Shown here one piece after another: positions 47,762 through 61,570 of a DNA stretch of 64,000 nt. Location of the stretch: assembly GCF_000002075.1 (NCBI RefSeq), contig NW_004797382.1, positions 1,448,375 through 1,512,374 on the forward strand, in the 5' to 3' direction. Position numbers and translations under genes: made by a program. A model generated the notes under the pieces. It searched no databases. It worked only from the letters and a program-made list of their open reading frames with translations, and was not told the origin of the DNA. The DNA comes from Aplysia californica (Eukaryota). How positions within the stretch are numbered: position 1 is the stretch's first letter; each line of letters opens with the position of its first letter.

Positions 47762-50754
47762 CTCTAGGCCCAAACATCGAGGATTAGGACCATGATTCAC
47801 TTGAGAAAAGGCCCGACTAGTCTACTCTCCGTGCTTGCACTAAACAAGGAATAGAACCACATAGATTGGTATGTGAGGCAAGCTCTCCCGTAGAATACCC
47901 AGCCCTAGTTCTGCCTTGCAGAAATGCCATTTATCGCAAAGGACGGAATTCATTCACTTGACTTATCTCTATAAGTTGAAACAAACAACAGCCACGTTCA
48001 TGGGCTTGTCAGTGAGGGGGAAGGAGCATTTTCCTTTGATGCGATTGAAGAAGCAAATGTTAAATATAATTTAGTTGGAGTTACGTCACAACACATATTT
48101 CCCTAAAAATCAAAATTCATCTAAATGTTCTCAATTTATATTCCTCCCCATAGAGAATTCTAAGCGTGCATAGAGACTCTATATAACATTGAAACCACCC
48201 TTCTGCTTTCATGCAAAGTATTAGTAGTTCAATATTTCCAATTAAGGTACCCAAGAAACAAATTTGTCCTTTATTTGAAAGTAGAAAATTGTTATCTCAC
48301 TCCATCTCTGTCCCGACTGTTCGAATTTAATTACAGAAAACCCCCCCCAACTCTTTTACAGAATTTCGAAATGATGTTTTAAAAAAAAAAAGTAAAAAGG
48401 GCCAGGTTTGAGAATTATTGTTTTTCAGGAAGTTTGACAAAATGTGAACATTCTTCTACAGTCAGGACAGCTGTGCTAGTAATGCTGGAATACTGGTTAT
48501 TCATTTTACTTTTAGGTCTGCAATAGGGCTTGCTTTGGTCAGTCTTCAAAATATTTTTAAAATTAAAGTAAAGGGACTAATCAAGATAATTATCATTAAA
48601 GTATGAATATTCTTTAAAAAGCTCACACCGATACTCGCACACTGACAGACTGATCCTGGATCTGGATTGTGTCGCTTGCTCGTCGTTGTCAAGGCTACTG
48701 CCCCACCAGTTTATGGCTCGGATTTTCATCAAAGCAAACTGAAAGTAGGATACAGCGCAACAGTGGTTCTTTACTTCGGTGCAAATTTCATATGTGCATT
48801 CCTGAAACACTTCGAGTGGGGTGAACGGAATGGACACATACAGAGCTTGTGTCTTGACCTCCGCTGAATCCCCGATACTCACACACCAAACCTCTTGAGT
48901 TCGATCAAACCCAGGTTAAGAACCACCGCAGTAGAGTGACGGAACAGCAGAAAGGTGGGGCATTAGTGGACATTGACTCCATTGCAGAAATTGATCATAT
49001 TCACATTGGTTACAGAAAAGTTGCACAACAAAGACAGTGAAATATAAGACGAGTTGTTATGGTAAGTTACAAGTTACACTTGTTATGGGTGGGATCCCTT
49101 TGACAAACACTTGATTGTAAAAAAAAATAAGACCAAAGTGGCCAGAATTCTCGACCTTTGGTAGAGAATGGAAAGGCTGAAAATTCCCTGTCTGAAATGT
49201 GTGGGTCTGGGTCATTGCACAAAATTTCTGAGATATCTGTCTTATATTTCATTGTCTTTGAGTGTAGAGAGAAGCTACAACACAGGGAAAAGGGGAGGGA
49301 GGGGGGGGGGAAAGGAATGGGATTGCCATGCCTTTGGTTCCTGACTTCACAGAAATGGAAAGGCAAAGAATAAAGTCGAAGTGAAGAGGTTTCTGTACCA
49401 GGAAGTAAAACCCTCAAACAGATGAAGAGAAAAAAGTGTGCATGAGAGGCAGGAAAAACGCAATAGGAAATAAGAAAGTACCCCAGAAGCACAGAAGCTA
49501 GGAAGATGCTACACAATGAAAGGAGAAACATTCCCCCATACACTCTACCATTGTGGCTAGCACAGACGACACAAGACAACATAAAATGCAGGAAGTATTA
49601 GACATAATGTTGAAAAGGGGGTTTATTTGTCCCTATCCAGCAATTAATGCTCCAAGCAATGAAAGAGATACAAAGCTGAAATGTGAATAGATAGTTTGAA
49701 GAGATTAGTTAATACACATAATCAGAGTATAATAAGGTGAAAGGAAATTGTAAACAAATGATGCAAAAAGATTTTCAAAAGTAGCAGTCGAATCTGCAAA
49801 AAGCTTGACTTCCTTGTGGCTTTGGTCAAATTTAACCTGACCACTCTTGGAAACTAGGGATACTCTTTCTGAACAGAATAAGAACTTGACGATCACATTT
49901 AAGCACTCTTTGATGTGGAAAAATGATAAAATGTCTGTAAACATTTACATCATAACTCGGCTGAAACCAGTTCTAAAGTTTTAAAATTGATTTGAAATTT
50001 AAAATGCTCAAAATGAGCACAGTAAGTTGGGGTAAAATGATAATCAGTTTTTTGCTCTTTGCAAGATTCGAATGCCACATTTTTAACATAAATCAAAGGA
50101 ATAGAAGAAACTGTGGGTTTTTTTTTAGGATAAAGCTTCAAGCTGTAGAACAAAGAATACATCTGGCAATCAGTTTCAAGACATTATTTCCTACACGTTG
50201 TAACTCATCAGTACAAACAAAACTATGTGCTGTGATCTTGACTGAGAGAAATTTTGTCTCCAAATGTATGATGGAGTATGCACATTTGCAGCAGTGCAGA
50301 AAAGGGCTCCCTTGAACCAAATAGCCGACCTTAAGCATTGCAAAACTAAAATACAGAAAATACAGCTTGGAGAGAATTGGAAAAACATATGTGCAACATC
50401 AGGTCGGTTAATGCATTGCAACAGTAGTGAAGAGGAAAATACATCTACAGTGCAAAAGACACAGAGTTAGTCTGAGAGGAACAGTGGGATGGGCTTTAGG
50501 GAGTGCCTACAACTCAGAAAAAGTCAACAGATTCACAAAAAAATTCTCTATGAGTACAATTTATCTGATGCAAAAATATCGCAAACATTTCACTCGTCCA
50601 GTACAAAGCAAAAGAAAAGAAAAAAAACCAAAAAACAAAACAAAACAAATATTATGTGTAAAAACCCACTGTCATAGCTTTATGTCAATGAAAACAAATT
50701 TTTAATGAACTTAATATTGCAACCGTTGCAAAATAATGAAAAATGCAATTCCTT

Positions 50755-50760
50755 TTTATT
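50755..50760 (-). promoter_or_regulatory. Candidate polyadenylation signal for a long PTB 3' UTR
   Basis: AATAAA on - with a U/GU-rich tract downstream (50600-50650). Alternatives at 51618 and 48270. Confidence 0.35.
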
Positions 50761-53700
50761 AATGTTTTTACTAGATTTCCTTTTTGTATATTGTTTTAAA
50801 TCAATTAACATAGCAAACACACTCAAACATGTATATATATATAGATAGGTAGATAGATAGATAGATATTATACATGTAACAATATAAAAATCTGAGATGT
50901 TTTTTTTTTAAACATAAAACAATTGTTCAACTTGTTGCCTCTCTGGTACATTTCCACTATCAAACATCCACAGACATTTCACACATATCACTCTGAGCTC
51001 GCATATCGGACACAATCAAAATCTGAAGGGTCGTCACTGTTGAGATGAACAAGAACACTTGGTTACATCAGTACCTCACTCACAGGAGTATTAACACCTT
51101 CAACAAAAAATGTCTATTCACTTCCTGGTGTGTGAAATACCGTGACAGTGGTTCAAAAGCAAAAATGTATGTGTGGGAATACTAATAAAATTGTAACTTG
51201 AAAAAAAAAATGGTAGTAAATATCACGTTCATTCATATGTGTGCATTGATAAAAAGGAATACAGTTATGACATACACTAATTAAAATTTGTGATCAGTCA
51301 ATTCAGGATATATCTATCCCCTAAATCATTGCAAAACAATATTGTTTCAACAAACACAAATTGTGCTATGGTTTTTCAATCCACTTGGTTCCTATATATG
51401 TAATTTAAATAATTGCATATTATTGTTTAGGTACTGTGTATGTAATGGTTATATTTTTCTTTAAAGTTCAAACCATATCAACTATGTGGAGCCCGACCAA
51501 CGGTATGCAGTCATTCTTTTCAGCTATATTCTATTCCTTTGTATGACATCAAAAGCACAGTAAGTCATGAAGGCGTGTTGATACAATCAGACATGTAAAC
51601 AGGATAACACACATGTCTTTATTGTGAGTAATTTCTTTTGACTAAATCCACGTTCACTGAAATCTGCCACATATTACAACAAAAGTGAAAAGATTACAAA
51701 TTACATCACAATACTAACTCAAAAACCACACTTTGACATTAGTACTACAGCTTCTTTAGCTAATATCATGACTGGTTTAGAAATATTTCTCATGTCCGAG
51801 AAGGAATTCATTTTTGTTTAAATATTCAGTATTGTCTTTGTGGTGAGGTAAATCATTATCAAGCGTCAAATGACATACAAAAAATGTCCTGTGGTTTTAA
51901 TTTCCTGTTATGAATGAGATCACTTTATTAAGAACAAACCATCAAGCGCCATTCATAACAATTTTTAAATACCTACACATCACACACAAGTCAAACCCAT
52001 GTCAAAATATATAAGTTCCTGTCAAAAGCATATACGTCAAATAGAACAAGTGAATGCCTCAAGACTTGCATGATAAGCTGCTTTTGATTTGAAACTGAAA
52101 ATTTTGCTGCTCATAAAATATCCACGTTAAGTTATAAAGTCACTCAAAACATCTGTGAGTCACACATCAACATGAAATAATCCATCACTCATGCAAATCC
52201 AAAAAGCAACATAACATGCATTGCAAACTTGTATTAAGAATTCAAAAGCATATTATATTATGTTTATCCTTACCAACGGGCAATTCAAAACTGCGAAAAA
52301 CCTCGACTCCACATATTGATTTTGCTATGGAAAGCATTTACCGACTAAAACTGCACTTGATATATGCTCTGATAGACGTACAGGCAATGAAAATGATGAG
52401 AAGTTTCTTCTTTGTAATTGTACTCAAGTGTCTTTTTTTACTTCGGAAAGGAAATTGAAAGTTTCCATTGCACATAGTATGTATAAAGGCACCTGATAAT
52501 AAAAGTTCCTTTTATGTGGGATCAGACGGAGGAAACTGGCACTACAAAATGAAATCTCATATAAATTTGTTTAATATTTATGGCATTTAATGAACCCTGT
52601 CTGCCTTCATTATGAATAAATATAGATAGTAATGTGTGTATACACATAGTTTCTATACAGACATATACCTATGTTTATCATGCTTTCCTTTAAGGAGATA
52701 GGTTCATATCATTAGCATTAAACATCTTCAGTTGAAGAATATACAGGGGCAGACGGCAGACCACCTTTTCCCTCTCAAAGTAAAAAAAAAAAAGTTCAAA
52801 TAGCATGAAAAAGTCAGTGCTCTAAGTACACAGACATTTCCTGCACAGCGTAACCAGCCAGGGCATGTCCCATGTCTCTTCCAGTTTGAATGAAATTTCT
52901 GCAGTTCCATGAAACTTCCTTCAACAATATTCTCTGATTTGATGAGGTGCCTCTTATGTTTTTTTATGAATCACAAAAAAACATTGCCATCTGCATACTG
53001 AATCACTAGCTACAGTTGTGGTTTTATCTTAAATCATTACTGAGGATTGCAATTCCTCCTAATTGACTAATTAGCATGACAATTGAATCGTTAAAATGGT
53101 GCGTCTACAGATATAAGAATAATAGTTCTGAAAAAAAGGTACATCTTATACAGAACACAATCTTAACACTAAATCTCTAAACATAGGGCAGAAAAGCCAA
53201 TGAGAAGAAAGGTAAAAATGTCTATATCCACATTCTTCCTAAAGAAAAGAAATAAAAGAGTTACATGCAATAAAGAATAAATGAACGGTATGTACAAACG
53301 GAAAAACAGTCTCTAGGTCCTAAAAATAAAATCTTGAACAGGCGTGCGGTCATTTCTTGTGGCACGAGGAACACTGCAGAGAAACATTATTTCTAAACCA
53401 GTACTTTGTAAACACTACATGAATGGTCACTGAATCATAGACTTGAGAGGGCACTTTAGGCAGGTGAAGAAAGATGGGGAAATAGCTTTGCACATCAAAG
53501 ATTAAGTCTAGATGATACTTGGATTTCATATACAACCAAATTCACGATCTCATATTAACAAACAACATACTTTTCAAAATGAAAGAAAATCTTAGCAACT
53601 TAGAATTATGCAGATCATCAACACCTATTTGCTTATATTCTTTTCAACAAAGCTCATGTTTCAAAAATGCATGTATAAACAATGACTTATCACATTATAT

Positions 53701-56700
53701 ATTATTATCCCCACTGAATGACATGGAGAACAACATCTGTTCAAATTTTATCCAATAACTAAAAAAAAAGATAAAAAATTATGCATCACAATAAAACATG
53801 CCCTGTTCAAGGCATAAACATTGAAATGACAGGCTTACGAGTTCTCAGCGAAATGATCCTACTGTTCTCCACTGAACAACAAATGCAAATATTGGCAACA
53901 GTTTATCCTCTGTGCATATCGTCAACAACTCACAAAACCCGTACTAATTTGACAAAAAAAATAAAGTGAAATAAATAAAAATTGTGACACTGACCTCTAG
54001 ATTTCAGTTTTGACTATCAAGACATACTCAACTCTGATGTATTTGTGGCAATACTTGGTTGTATGTCGACAAAAAACTCATCAAACATTGCAGTGCTCTG
54101 ACATTGAGGTTTTGCTTCCATAAAAGATTTGCATAATATTCCACATATAACATATATACAAACAATGTCTAACAAAGTTTGCAAAATCTTGAGGTCTTAT
54201 AAGGACACAAACAATTATTGTTTCAAACAAACAAAAACAACCCAGATATCCCTCACCCCCCCCCTCCCCTTTGGATCAATTGGATCAGGCATTGCCTAAG
54301 AATTAATTTAGGACTGAACTCTTATAAAATGTACCTGTCTGAAAAAATTCTTGCTCAAAGATAAAAACAAGGGCTAAAACAGCACTTGTCAAAGTACTGA
54401 TGCAAAATTCATATAATGTTGTGATAAACATAAATCTGTATTACAGTTTTAAAAACCTCATCAAGACAATCGATCCTCTCTCTGAAATCAGTTTGCAACA
54501 CATTGTGATTATACGATCTCTTAGAGAAAATAATTTATAGGTAATGTGTTAGTAATCTTAAACATTAAAAACAGTTCAAATAACAACCCTTCAAGATGCA
54601 AGGAATAAACTTTTTTTACTTGTCATGTCTCAATGTATGAACAGAACTCTTGTGTCTTAATGATCAAACTAAAAAAGCCATAGGAAAATTACCCAATCCA
54701 AAAACTCAGAGTTATTTTGTTGGCTCTCTAACCTAAATACATCTGATGTAACACTTGTCTTTCTCAGTAAAAGTAAAGTTGTCCAAACTCCTACTGTATC
54801 TCCTAGTGATTTCCTTCTCAGCAGCTACTTCAGATACATTAAGGCACGCCAATCTGCCACCAGAGAAAATGTCCATTCTGCAACAGACAATTCAGCCTCA
54901 CATATTCTTCACTGAGAATATTGACACTTTGTGCACTGTCGAACATTTTCTTTTTTTTTTCCAGCCTTTAAAAAAAAATCTATAGAGGGAAACTGAACAT
55001 GTGAAAATGGAAACCGTTATCTTCCTATGATTTCACTAAGCTATGTATTTTTTTTCTTTTTCATCTTGACTCATGGAACCAAAGGGCAGTATTTAGAAAT
55101 GATATCTTGGAATTTTGTTGTAACAGTATGGCAGTTTTAAAAATGTTTTGATAAGTTCAAAACTATGGCCAATTCGGAGTCAAGTCATTGGCAATACTTC
55201 TGTGGGGACAGGTTCATTCATGAGGCAAGCTCTTTCATCTTTCATCATTGTGATGGGTACACAGAGAAAAAATCTGAAGGCCTTTAATTCTTTTATATTA
55301 GAAGATGAGTCAAGCTCATCAAAGACATAGCCTTTTTCATCAGCCCATGTATAATGCAAACAAGAGACACACATTTCAATTCATTTTCACACAATCCTGG
55401 TAGCAACTGCTTATGAACTACATAACTAACAGCAATGCATTGTGTGCATGGAATAAGCATTTAATTTACAAAATATTCAAATATCAAAGTCGAGAAATGG
55501 CTTCTTTAACATCTCCCTGATGCAAAGCGTATTGTGAACGTTACATTCATGTTTTTATAAGTCTGCCTTTAAAAAAGAAGATCAAAATGAAACGTGGTAA
55601 AACCAAACTTATAAGTAAAGGCACTGCCATTGTACTTGTTAAAAAATATCCATTGAGAAAGGCACTTTGGGCAAAGACTTGAACACACACCCTTGATCAT
55701 TGCTAGCCCATCTATGGTACCCTGTGGGTAGTTCTCTATGGTAGCACTAGTCAGGCATTAAAAGAGTACCTTGGTGTTCTGTAGCTTTCCCCCCTTTACG
55801 AATGGATCAGATCAGTTCCAGTACTATGCAATTATTGCAGATGCTGAAAACAATCAGTATTCTAAAAAGATATATTTATATGTATATATACAACATTAAT
55901 ACCATTTGAAATATGCCTTGGCATTTCGGTGAGAAAAAGACAAGACACCTGTGGTGAAACTCATGAGACGGACAATCTCCTAACTGTCTGATTCTATTTG
56001 AACAATTTTGCAAGGTCAATTTCTGCACTCTTAACAAATCACATATTTCAAAGAAAAAGCACAATGTGTAGGGCCTACCATGTTTTTCAATCAATCAAAA
56101 AACAAACAAAAAATGGGGGGAAAAAAAAGGATTTGGAATAACAAACAAATTAAATGCACTCATGTTCACTGAATTTACTGTTGGCAATATTGTTCTTTAG
56201 AAAATGTATTTTACATCCATCCATTGAAAAGTGTCCAAGATAAATTTTAACCCTTGCAGGAATGTTACAGTCTTTCAGACACAGCTGCAATATCTATTTC
56301 TTTTGCTATATATGATAAAAACCAGACAAATTCATGAAAAATATGATTTTGTTAAGTACTGCAAACATTAATGTGCCTGTAATCGCCTAATGACCTGCTG
56401 CTTATTTCAGAAAGAAACAAATGGTATTCATAACTTGCTGATGCTTCCTCTTCCAGATGAACAGCATTTGGATGCCCCAGCCCTCCTATCCTCTCCTTTT
56501 TGGCTTTGTGAAGCTTAATAGGTCTTTGTGATTGTTTGCTAGGGAAACATCACAAACAGCTCTCAATAAATGCATCCACTTCTTTTCGAAAGAAGAAATG
56601 AAAGCAATTTATGAAACCAATTTCATAAAACAAAATTTGTGGTCCAAACAAAACTGTTGCACAGCTGTATTGCACATCAGAAGAATGCATTAATCAATTT

Positions 56701-58056
56701 TTAAATTGAAACATCTGACATGAAGTCGACACAAAATTAGAGAAACAAAGGTTGTTGTTATTTAGACACATTATATAAACAAATTTAGATAAAAAGACAC
56801 TTATCTCTTTTAAATTAGACTTTCAGTTTTATAAAATTCTATAAACAATAAATTCAACCAAGTAAAGGCTATTTGAAAAGTCAAATTATATGCCAGTTTC
56901 AATACTTAATCCAATGTACTCTGTGTCCACATTCACTACCCACAAAATGGAAAGACAATGTTGATCTCTCACAGGAAAACTTGTTCTTGACAAGAACTTC
57001 CGTAATCTATATGTGATCTTTGAGATTTACGTTACTATTGACAAGTGATGTCTTCTATCTTGAAACAAAATTTGACTGTCATGAGGTAGATGATAGCCTG
57101 TGGCATACTTTCTTCTCATTTTTACTGCAAAAATGTTTCTCCTGCAAGGGCTTTGGAAAATCAAATACAAATAATTCATTAGTAAAAGTAGTTTAGATGA
57201 TTCCGACCTTTCTCCTCTTAAGTTCACATCTAGTATTTTGTAATTTAAATGTTTTTTTTACTCAGTTTAAAAAAAAAGATATGTTTACAATGATGGATTC
57301 TCCAAAATAAACACATCCAAAACAATAAGTATACGAAGACATCAAGTGCACATTAGCAATGACTACCAGTTAGGAAACAAATCTAGAGGGGGAGTTTCCA
57401 ATACTTACATAGTGTTGCGGGACACAACTCAGAACATTTCACACAATTCATGACTGCGTCAACTGCTGAGAGTTGGACATGGAGAACTTGCCATCAGATC
57501 TTTGACAACATGCAATCTTACAACTTCACTACATGGACGCCCTTCTCTTCATCTTGTCTCAAAACCCTTGAAATTTAACTTTATAAAAACATAACATAAA
57601 CTACTGAGGTATATGCATGTTTGATTAAATGCATTTTACTAAATGTTTGAGATTTCATTCGTATGACAAGTTTTTGGGGTGATTTTTTTGCCGCAGCTCC
57701 CAGCAGATGATGTAGTTGAGATCTTCAGAACCAATGACATTTTTTTCCTCGACTTTAAAGGGCTGTTTTTTCCCCTCGATGTCCAAAAAATAAAAGTAGC
57801 ATATTTGTACATGTAAAATTTCCTTTCCCCTCATGCGGTCTACAAAGGACATAGAATAATAACAAAAAAAATACAGACAGGTGAAAAAGTCGTTTCCAGC
57901 ATGGCTGTTCAAACCGCTTTTCCACACGCATCACTTTTTGTTTTATACGTAGAAATGAATTATAATGCTGTCTCAGTCTGTATGGATCCTTTTGTTTCAG
58001 AGGATTGAACATGTTGTGCATTCTGAGCCAACGGTTTATCTATGTCAAATCATGAA

Positions 58057-58125
58057 CTAGATGGTTGACTTGGAGAAAGACACCCGTAGATGACAGCTTT
58101 CTCCCATCTGGTAGTTGTGCATTGC
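58057..58125 (-). CDS. PTBP1: PTB last coding exon (AMHNYQMGESCHLRVSFSKSTI*)
   Basis: HLRVSFSKSTI* is the characteristic PTB C-terminus; ttacag acceptor; TAG. Confidence 0.95.
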   Translation of the reverse strand, partial: AMHNYQMGESCHLRVSFSKSTI

Positions 58126-58760
58126 CTGTAAAACAAACAAAAAACAAAAATTGCTTGTCTTGCTTAAGTTTAACATCCTTGTCCAGAAAGAATGAAAAAT
58201 CTTCAGGCCTTATAATGTAAATCCAACTATACTGCACTAAGTCCTGATCAAGATTAAGAGAGAAGTAGTACATGCTATGGCCATGTTTAGAGTCAGGGTT
58301 GACATGAAGAGATATGAAAGGTATCCTACCCGACATGGATTAAAAGCAAAATGAAAAAGGCAGACCTAAGCATTTATAAAACAAAATTCGAGAAATAAAA
58401 AAAAGATAGTATACAGAGGAAAGCAATGACTTAGAAAAAACAACAAAGATTATTCTAACAAGAAAAATTCAATTGAGCTTTAAATTTATGAATATCTTTT
58501 CTAGAGACATCAGGACTTCAAAAGAAACAAATTATAAAAGATGATTTTAATGTACACTTTTATTTCTAAAGTTTCACAGATTAAAACAATGCGGTGACCA
58601 ATACAGCTCGTCTGCAGAGACCTTCCAGGTTTATTTTTAAAATCAAAATTTAATCAGAAAATAAACGGCAATTTACTTTAAACCGATGATACAAATTACT
58701 TCTAGCTTATGTTTTTTCTTTTAGTAAGAGCAACATGTCCCACATTTCTATGGAGGAACA

Positions 58761-59280
58761 TAATAATAATTTTAATAATAATAATTGCATTTATATAGCG
58801 CATATCCACGCTCAAGAGCATGCTCTATGCGTTTTACAACTATTATTACCCCAGTAGACCCTCTGAGAACACTCAGAAATATTCTCGGCTTCCGCGGAAG
58901 CATACAGTGCAAGCTGCGGATTTCACGCGCTCAAACACTACCAAACTGACAAGATCGTTCACTGTCTATAGCCGGGTACCCATTTCCACCTGGGTGAAGT
59001 GAGGAAAATTTGTGCAAAGTGCCTTTCCCAAGGACACAACGTCGGGCCCCTGACGGGATTCGAACCCACGACTGTCATGATATTCGATACTTATACTCGA
59101 ATATAGTGAAGATGTTCGATACGAGAATAAACACTTCCCTTCCCTATGAAGTCAATATGGCTGAATGTTTACTATCGTCTTGTGCTCGTCTGACTTTGAT
59201 CAAATATTAAGAATACATAACATCATAACAACGACCTTACGGTTGCGAGTCTGAGAGCCTAACCACGAGGCCACCGATGA
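58761..59280 (-). mobile_element. tRNA-derived SINE with CORE/V-like central domain and (TTA)n tail
   Basis: On -: A box tggcctcgtgg, B box ggttcgaatcc, then gtgtccttgggaaaggcactt and cacccaggtggaaatgggtacc; tail gcgctatataaatgcaattattatt. Confidence 0.85.
59073..59230. mobile_element. 158-bp solo-LTR-like insertion inside the SINE head
   Basis: TG...CA termini (tgtcatgat / atcataaca); 5-bp TSD acgac at 59068-59072 and 59231-59235; internal AATAAA. Confidence 0.75.
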
Positions 59281-59402
59281 CACACACATCAACCTTGGCA
59301 ATAGTTTGAGAAAAAAACAACGAGTTAATTTCTTTTTTTCTGTGACATTGTCAAAGTATTACACCTTCAATATTTTGGTGACACATTTGTCGACAGACTT
59401 AC

Positions 59403-59466
59403 AATAAGTGCATGAATGGCTTCCTCCACTGTGCTCATTTGAAGCAGAGCCATCTTCCGGTCTTTC
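59403..59466 (-). CDS. PTBP1: PTB RRM4 exon (KDRKMALLQMSTVEEAIHALI)
   Basis: KDRKMAL motif; tttcag acceptor, gtaagt donor. Confidence 0.93.
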
Positions 59467-59804
59467 CTGAAAGAGATAAAAACAAATGGATTGTTCAAGT
59501 AGGCCTATGAAGACAACATATAAAGCATTTTCAAATCAGACCATGCTTTTCTTTGAAGTGACAAGTACTTTATGAACATAAAGATACTCATATCCATCAA
59601 CTCATGGAACACTGCTAAATAAAAGACGTGAAAACTAACCAATAGATAGGAACGTTATTTATTACATTAGCGNNNNNNNNNNNNNNNNNNNNNNNNNNNN
59701 NNNNNNNNNNNNNNNNNNNNNNNNNNNNNNNNNNNNNNNNNNNNNNNNNNNNNNNNNNNNNNNNNNNNNNNNNNNNNNNNNNNNNNNNNNNNNNNNNNNN
59801 NNNN

Positions 59805-59898
59805 GTGTGTGCGTGCATGTGTGTCTGTGCGTGTGTGTGCACGTATGATGTGAGTGCATGTCTTTGTGTGTGGTGGTGCTCGGAGAGTGAGGCAGAAG

Positions 59899-59980
<82 letters not shown>
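59805..59980. repeat. (GT)n-like and (GA)n microsatellites next to an N-gap
   Basis: Directly visible. Other microsatellites: (GA)n at 307-346, (CT)n at 6375-6417, (TCTG)n at 9323-9422 and 29983-30064, (ATT)n at 8260-8305. Confidence 0.95.
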
Positions 59981-59981
<1 letters not shown>

Positions 59982-60458
59982 GGAGGGGGGGGGGCACAAT
60001 AAGTCGAATAAGAATCCAATACTGTTGAAGATATTTGCCCTCTGTCGAAGTTGCCAACAGCCCCTATCAGTACTGTCACAGGCTATGCCGAAGTTGCCCC
60101 ATGCAGGGGTCAAATTTGCACCAACCCCTGTCGAAGTTGCCCCACGCGAGGGTGTGCCACAAAATCGTGATTGGTTGAAAATCCGAGATGCAAATAGAGT
60201 AAAGAACATAATAATCGAGAAGTAGTATGGCTTCACACATTGAGACCAAGATGGTCTGTGTTGACCAAGATGGTCTGTGTTGACCAAGATGGTCTGTGTT
60301 CTTTCATAAAGGCGGGAGCAGTATCGGTTACTTTTGCGGCACTACAGAAACCTCAAACCTGTCGAGGTTGCCCCAACCTGCCCTAGCTTCTCAATAGAAA
60401 CAACAATATTCAATGGACACCGAAATGTATACAATAATACACAAAAGTAAATACTTAC

Positions 60459-60533
60459 GGGAAAAATTTGAAGGCCTTAACAGCTCCATGGTCACTGAAC
60501 CAAGTACTCAGGTTTTCTTCCGTGACGTGAGCT
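60459..60533 (-). CDS. PTBP1: PTB RRM4 exon (AHVTEENLSTWFSDHGAVKAFKFF)
   Basis: cag acceptor and gtaagt donor; phase 2-2; FKFF motif. Confidence 0.9.
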
Positions 60534-60910
60534 CTGCCAGAGAAATATCAGCAAAGGTGTGTTGGTGATGTGCATTATGTGTGCGTTCCATTGAATTTCC
60601 ACATGTGTGATGTAAAAGCAGAGTTTGATAAATGAAATCATTGTAGATGAAATGAATTATACAATGAAACTGAAGGGGGTGTCAGTTGGCAAGATAAATC
60701 AGTTTAGTTGAATCTGCTCTCGCAGCCACTAGTCCAAGACAATCATCTTCATAAATAATCTCTTTCAAATTCTCCTCTTGCATTTATCAAACATTATATT
60801 GACACTGTCCAAGATCTTCACTTGTCTATGGCAACCACTGTCTTCCACGACTGAGTGGCTGTCTTGGACAATTTTGAGTATTACTAGATTAAATTTACAA
60901 ACAGACTTAC

Positions 60911-61029
60911 GGAATGTTGGATAGATGCAAAACTTGTGATGGGGGGAAAATATTCTGACAGTTCTTGGAACCAGGACGCTTGAATCTATGAAGAGGGGAG
61001 TTGACGTAGTCTTTGGTCAGGCCAGCATC
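60911..61029 (-). CDS. PTBP1: PTB exon, RRM3-4 linker ([40 protein letters not shown])
   Basis: Highly conserved PTB motif SPLHRFKxPGSKN; canonical splice sites. Confidence 0.95.
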
Positions 61030-61146
61030 CTGAAAGAACATTTGTGTTGTTCCAATGTTAGAGTAAATTAAAGATCTCACGTTTTAAGCACAGAGAGTAA
61101 ATACAACCACCAATGATTATGACAAGGATGGCCATGATGGCAATGG

Positions 61147-61322
61147 TTTTAGTTTTTAAGTTATAGTTAGCATTTTACAGCACTTGAAACACAATAAGGT
61201 CATATAAGTGCTGAAGGTTAAAGATGTTATAAGAGAGTAACAACCACAAAAAAGAAGGAGGGGAGATAAGGATGATAGATGTTTGATAGGAAAGAAGGAG
61301 CAAATCACACCGGAGCACCGCC
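61147..61322 (-). mobile_element. Short retroposon family A, copy 5 (more diverged, slightly 5'-truncated)
   Basis: Clear similarity to the copies at 45050 and 39570. Confidence 0.75.
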
Positions 61323-61472
61323 TCTTTGACGTTTATGGAGAAAAAGATAATGACAATACTCTTGACTGAAGCTCCCTAGAAAGATGTTCAACAAACACAG
61401 TAGATAGTGTAGAAAGAAGGTGTACTATTGAATTGATAACTCTTTGATAACTCTTATCTCCTCAGAACTCAC

Positions 61473-61570
61473 CGACTGTCCTTCCTTTGGCATCTGCACC
61501 ACCTGATGCTTGGACTGGGCCACTCTGATTTGCTTTCCCCACACTCTGGCTTTGTCCAAGTAAGTGATGG
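61473..61570 (-). CDS. PTBP1: PTB exon (AITYLDKARVWGKQIRVAQSKHQVVQMPKEGQS)
   Basis: tttcag acceptor and gtgagt donor on -; SKHxxVQMPKEGQ motif. Confidence 0.93.

Noticed and set aside
48577-57927. Many 60-170-aa ORFs in the AT-rich region
   Set aside because: No recognisable motifs or consistent exon chains; expected by chance in UTR or intergenic sequence.
59040-59280. tRNA gene (A and B boxes); similar heads at 43651 and near 46778
   Set aside because: No complete cloverleaf. The boxes are attached to SINE bodies or are fragments.
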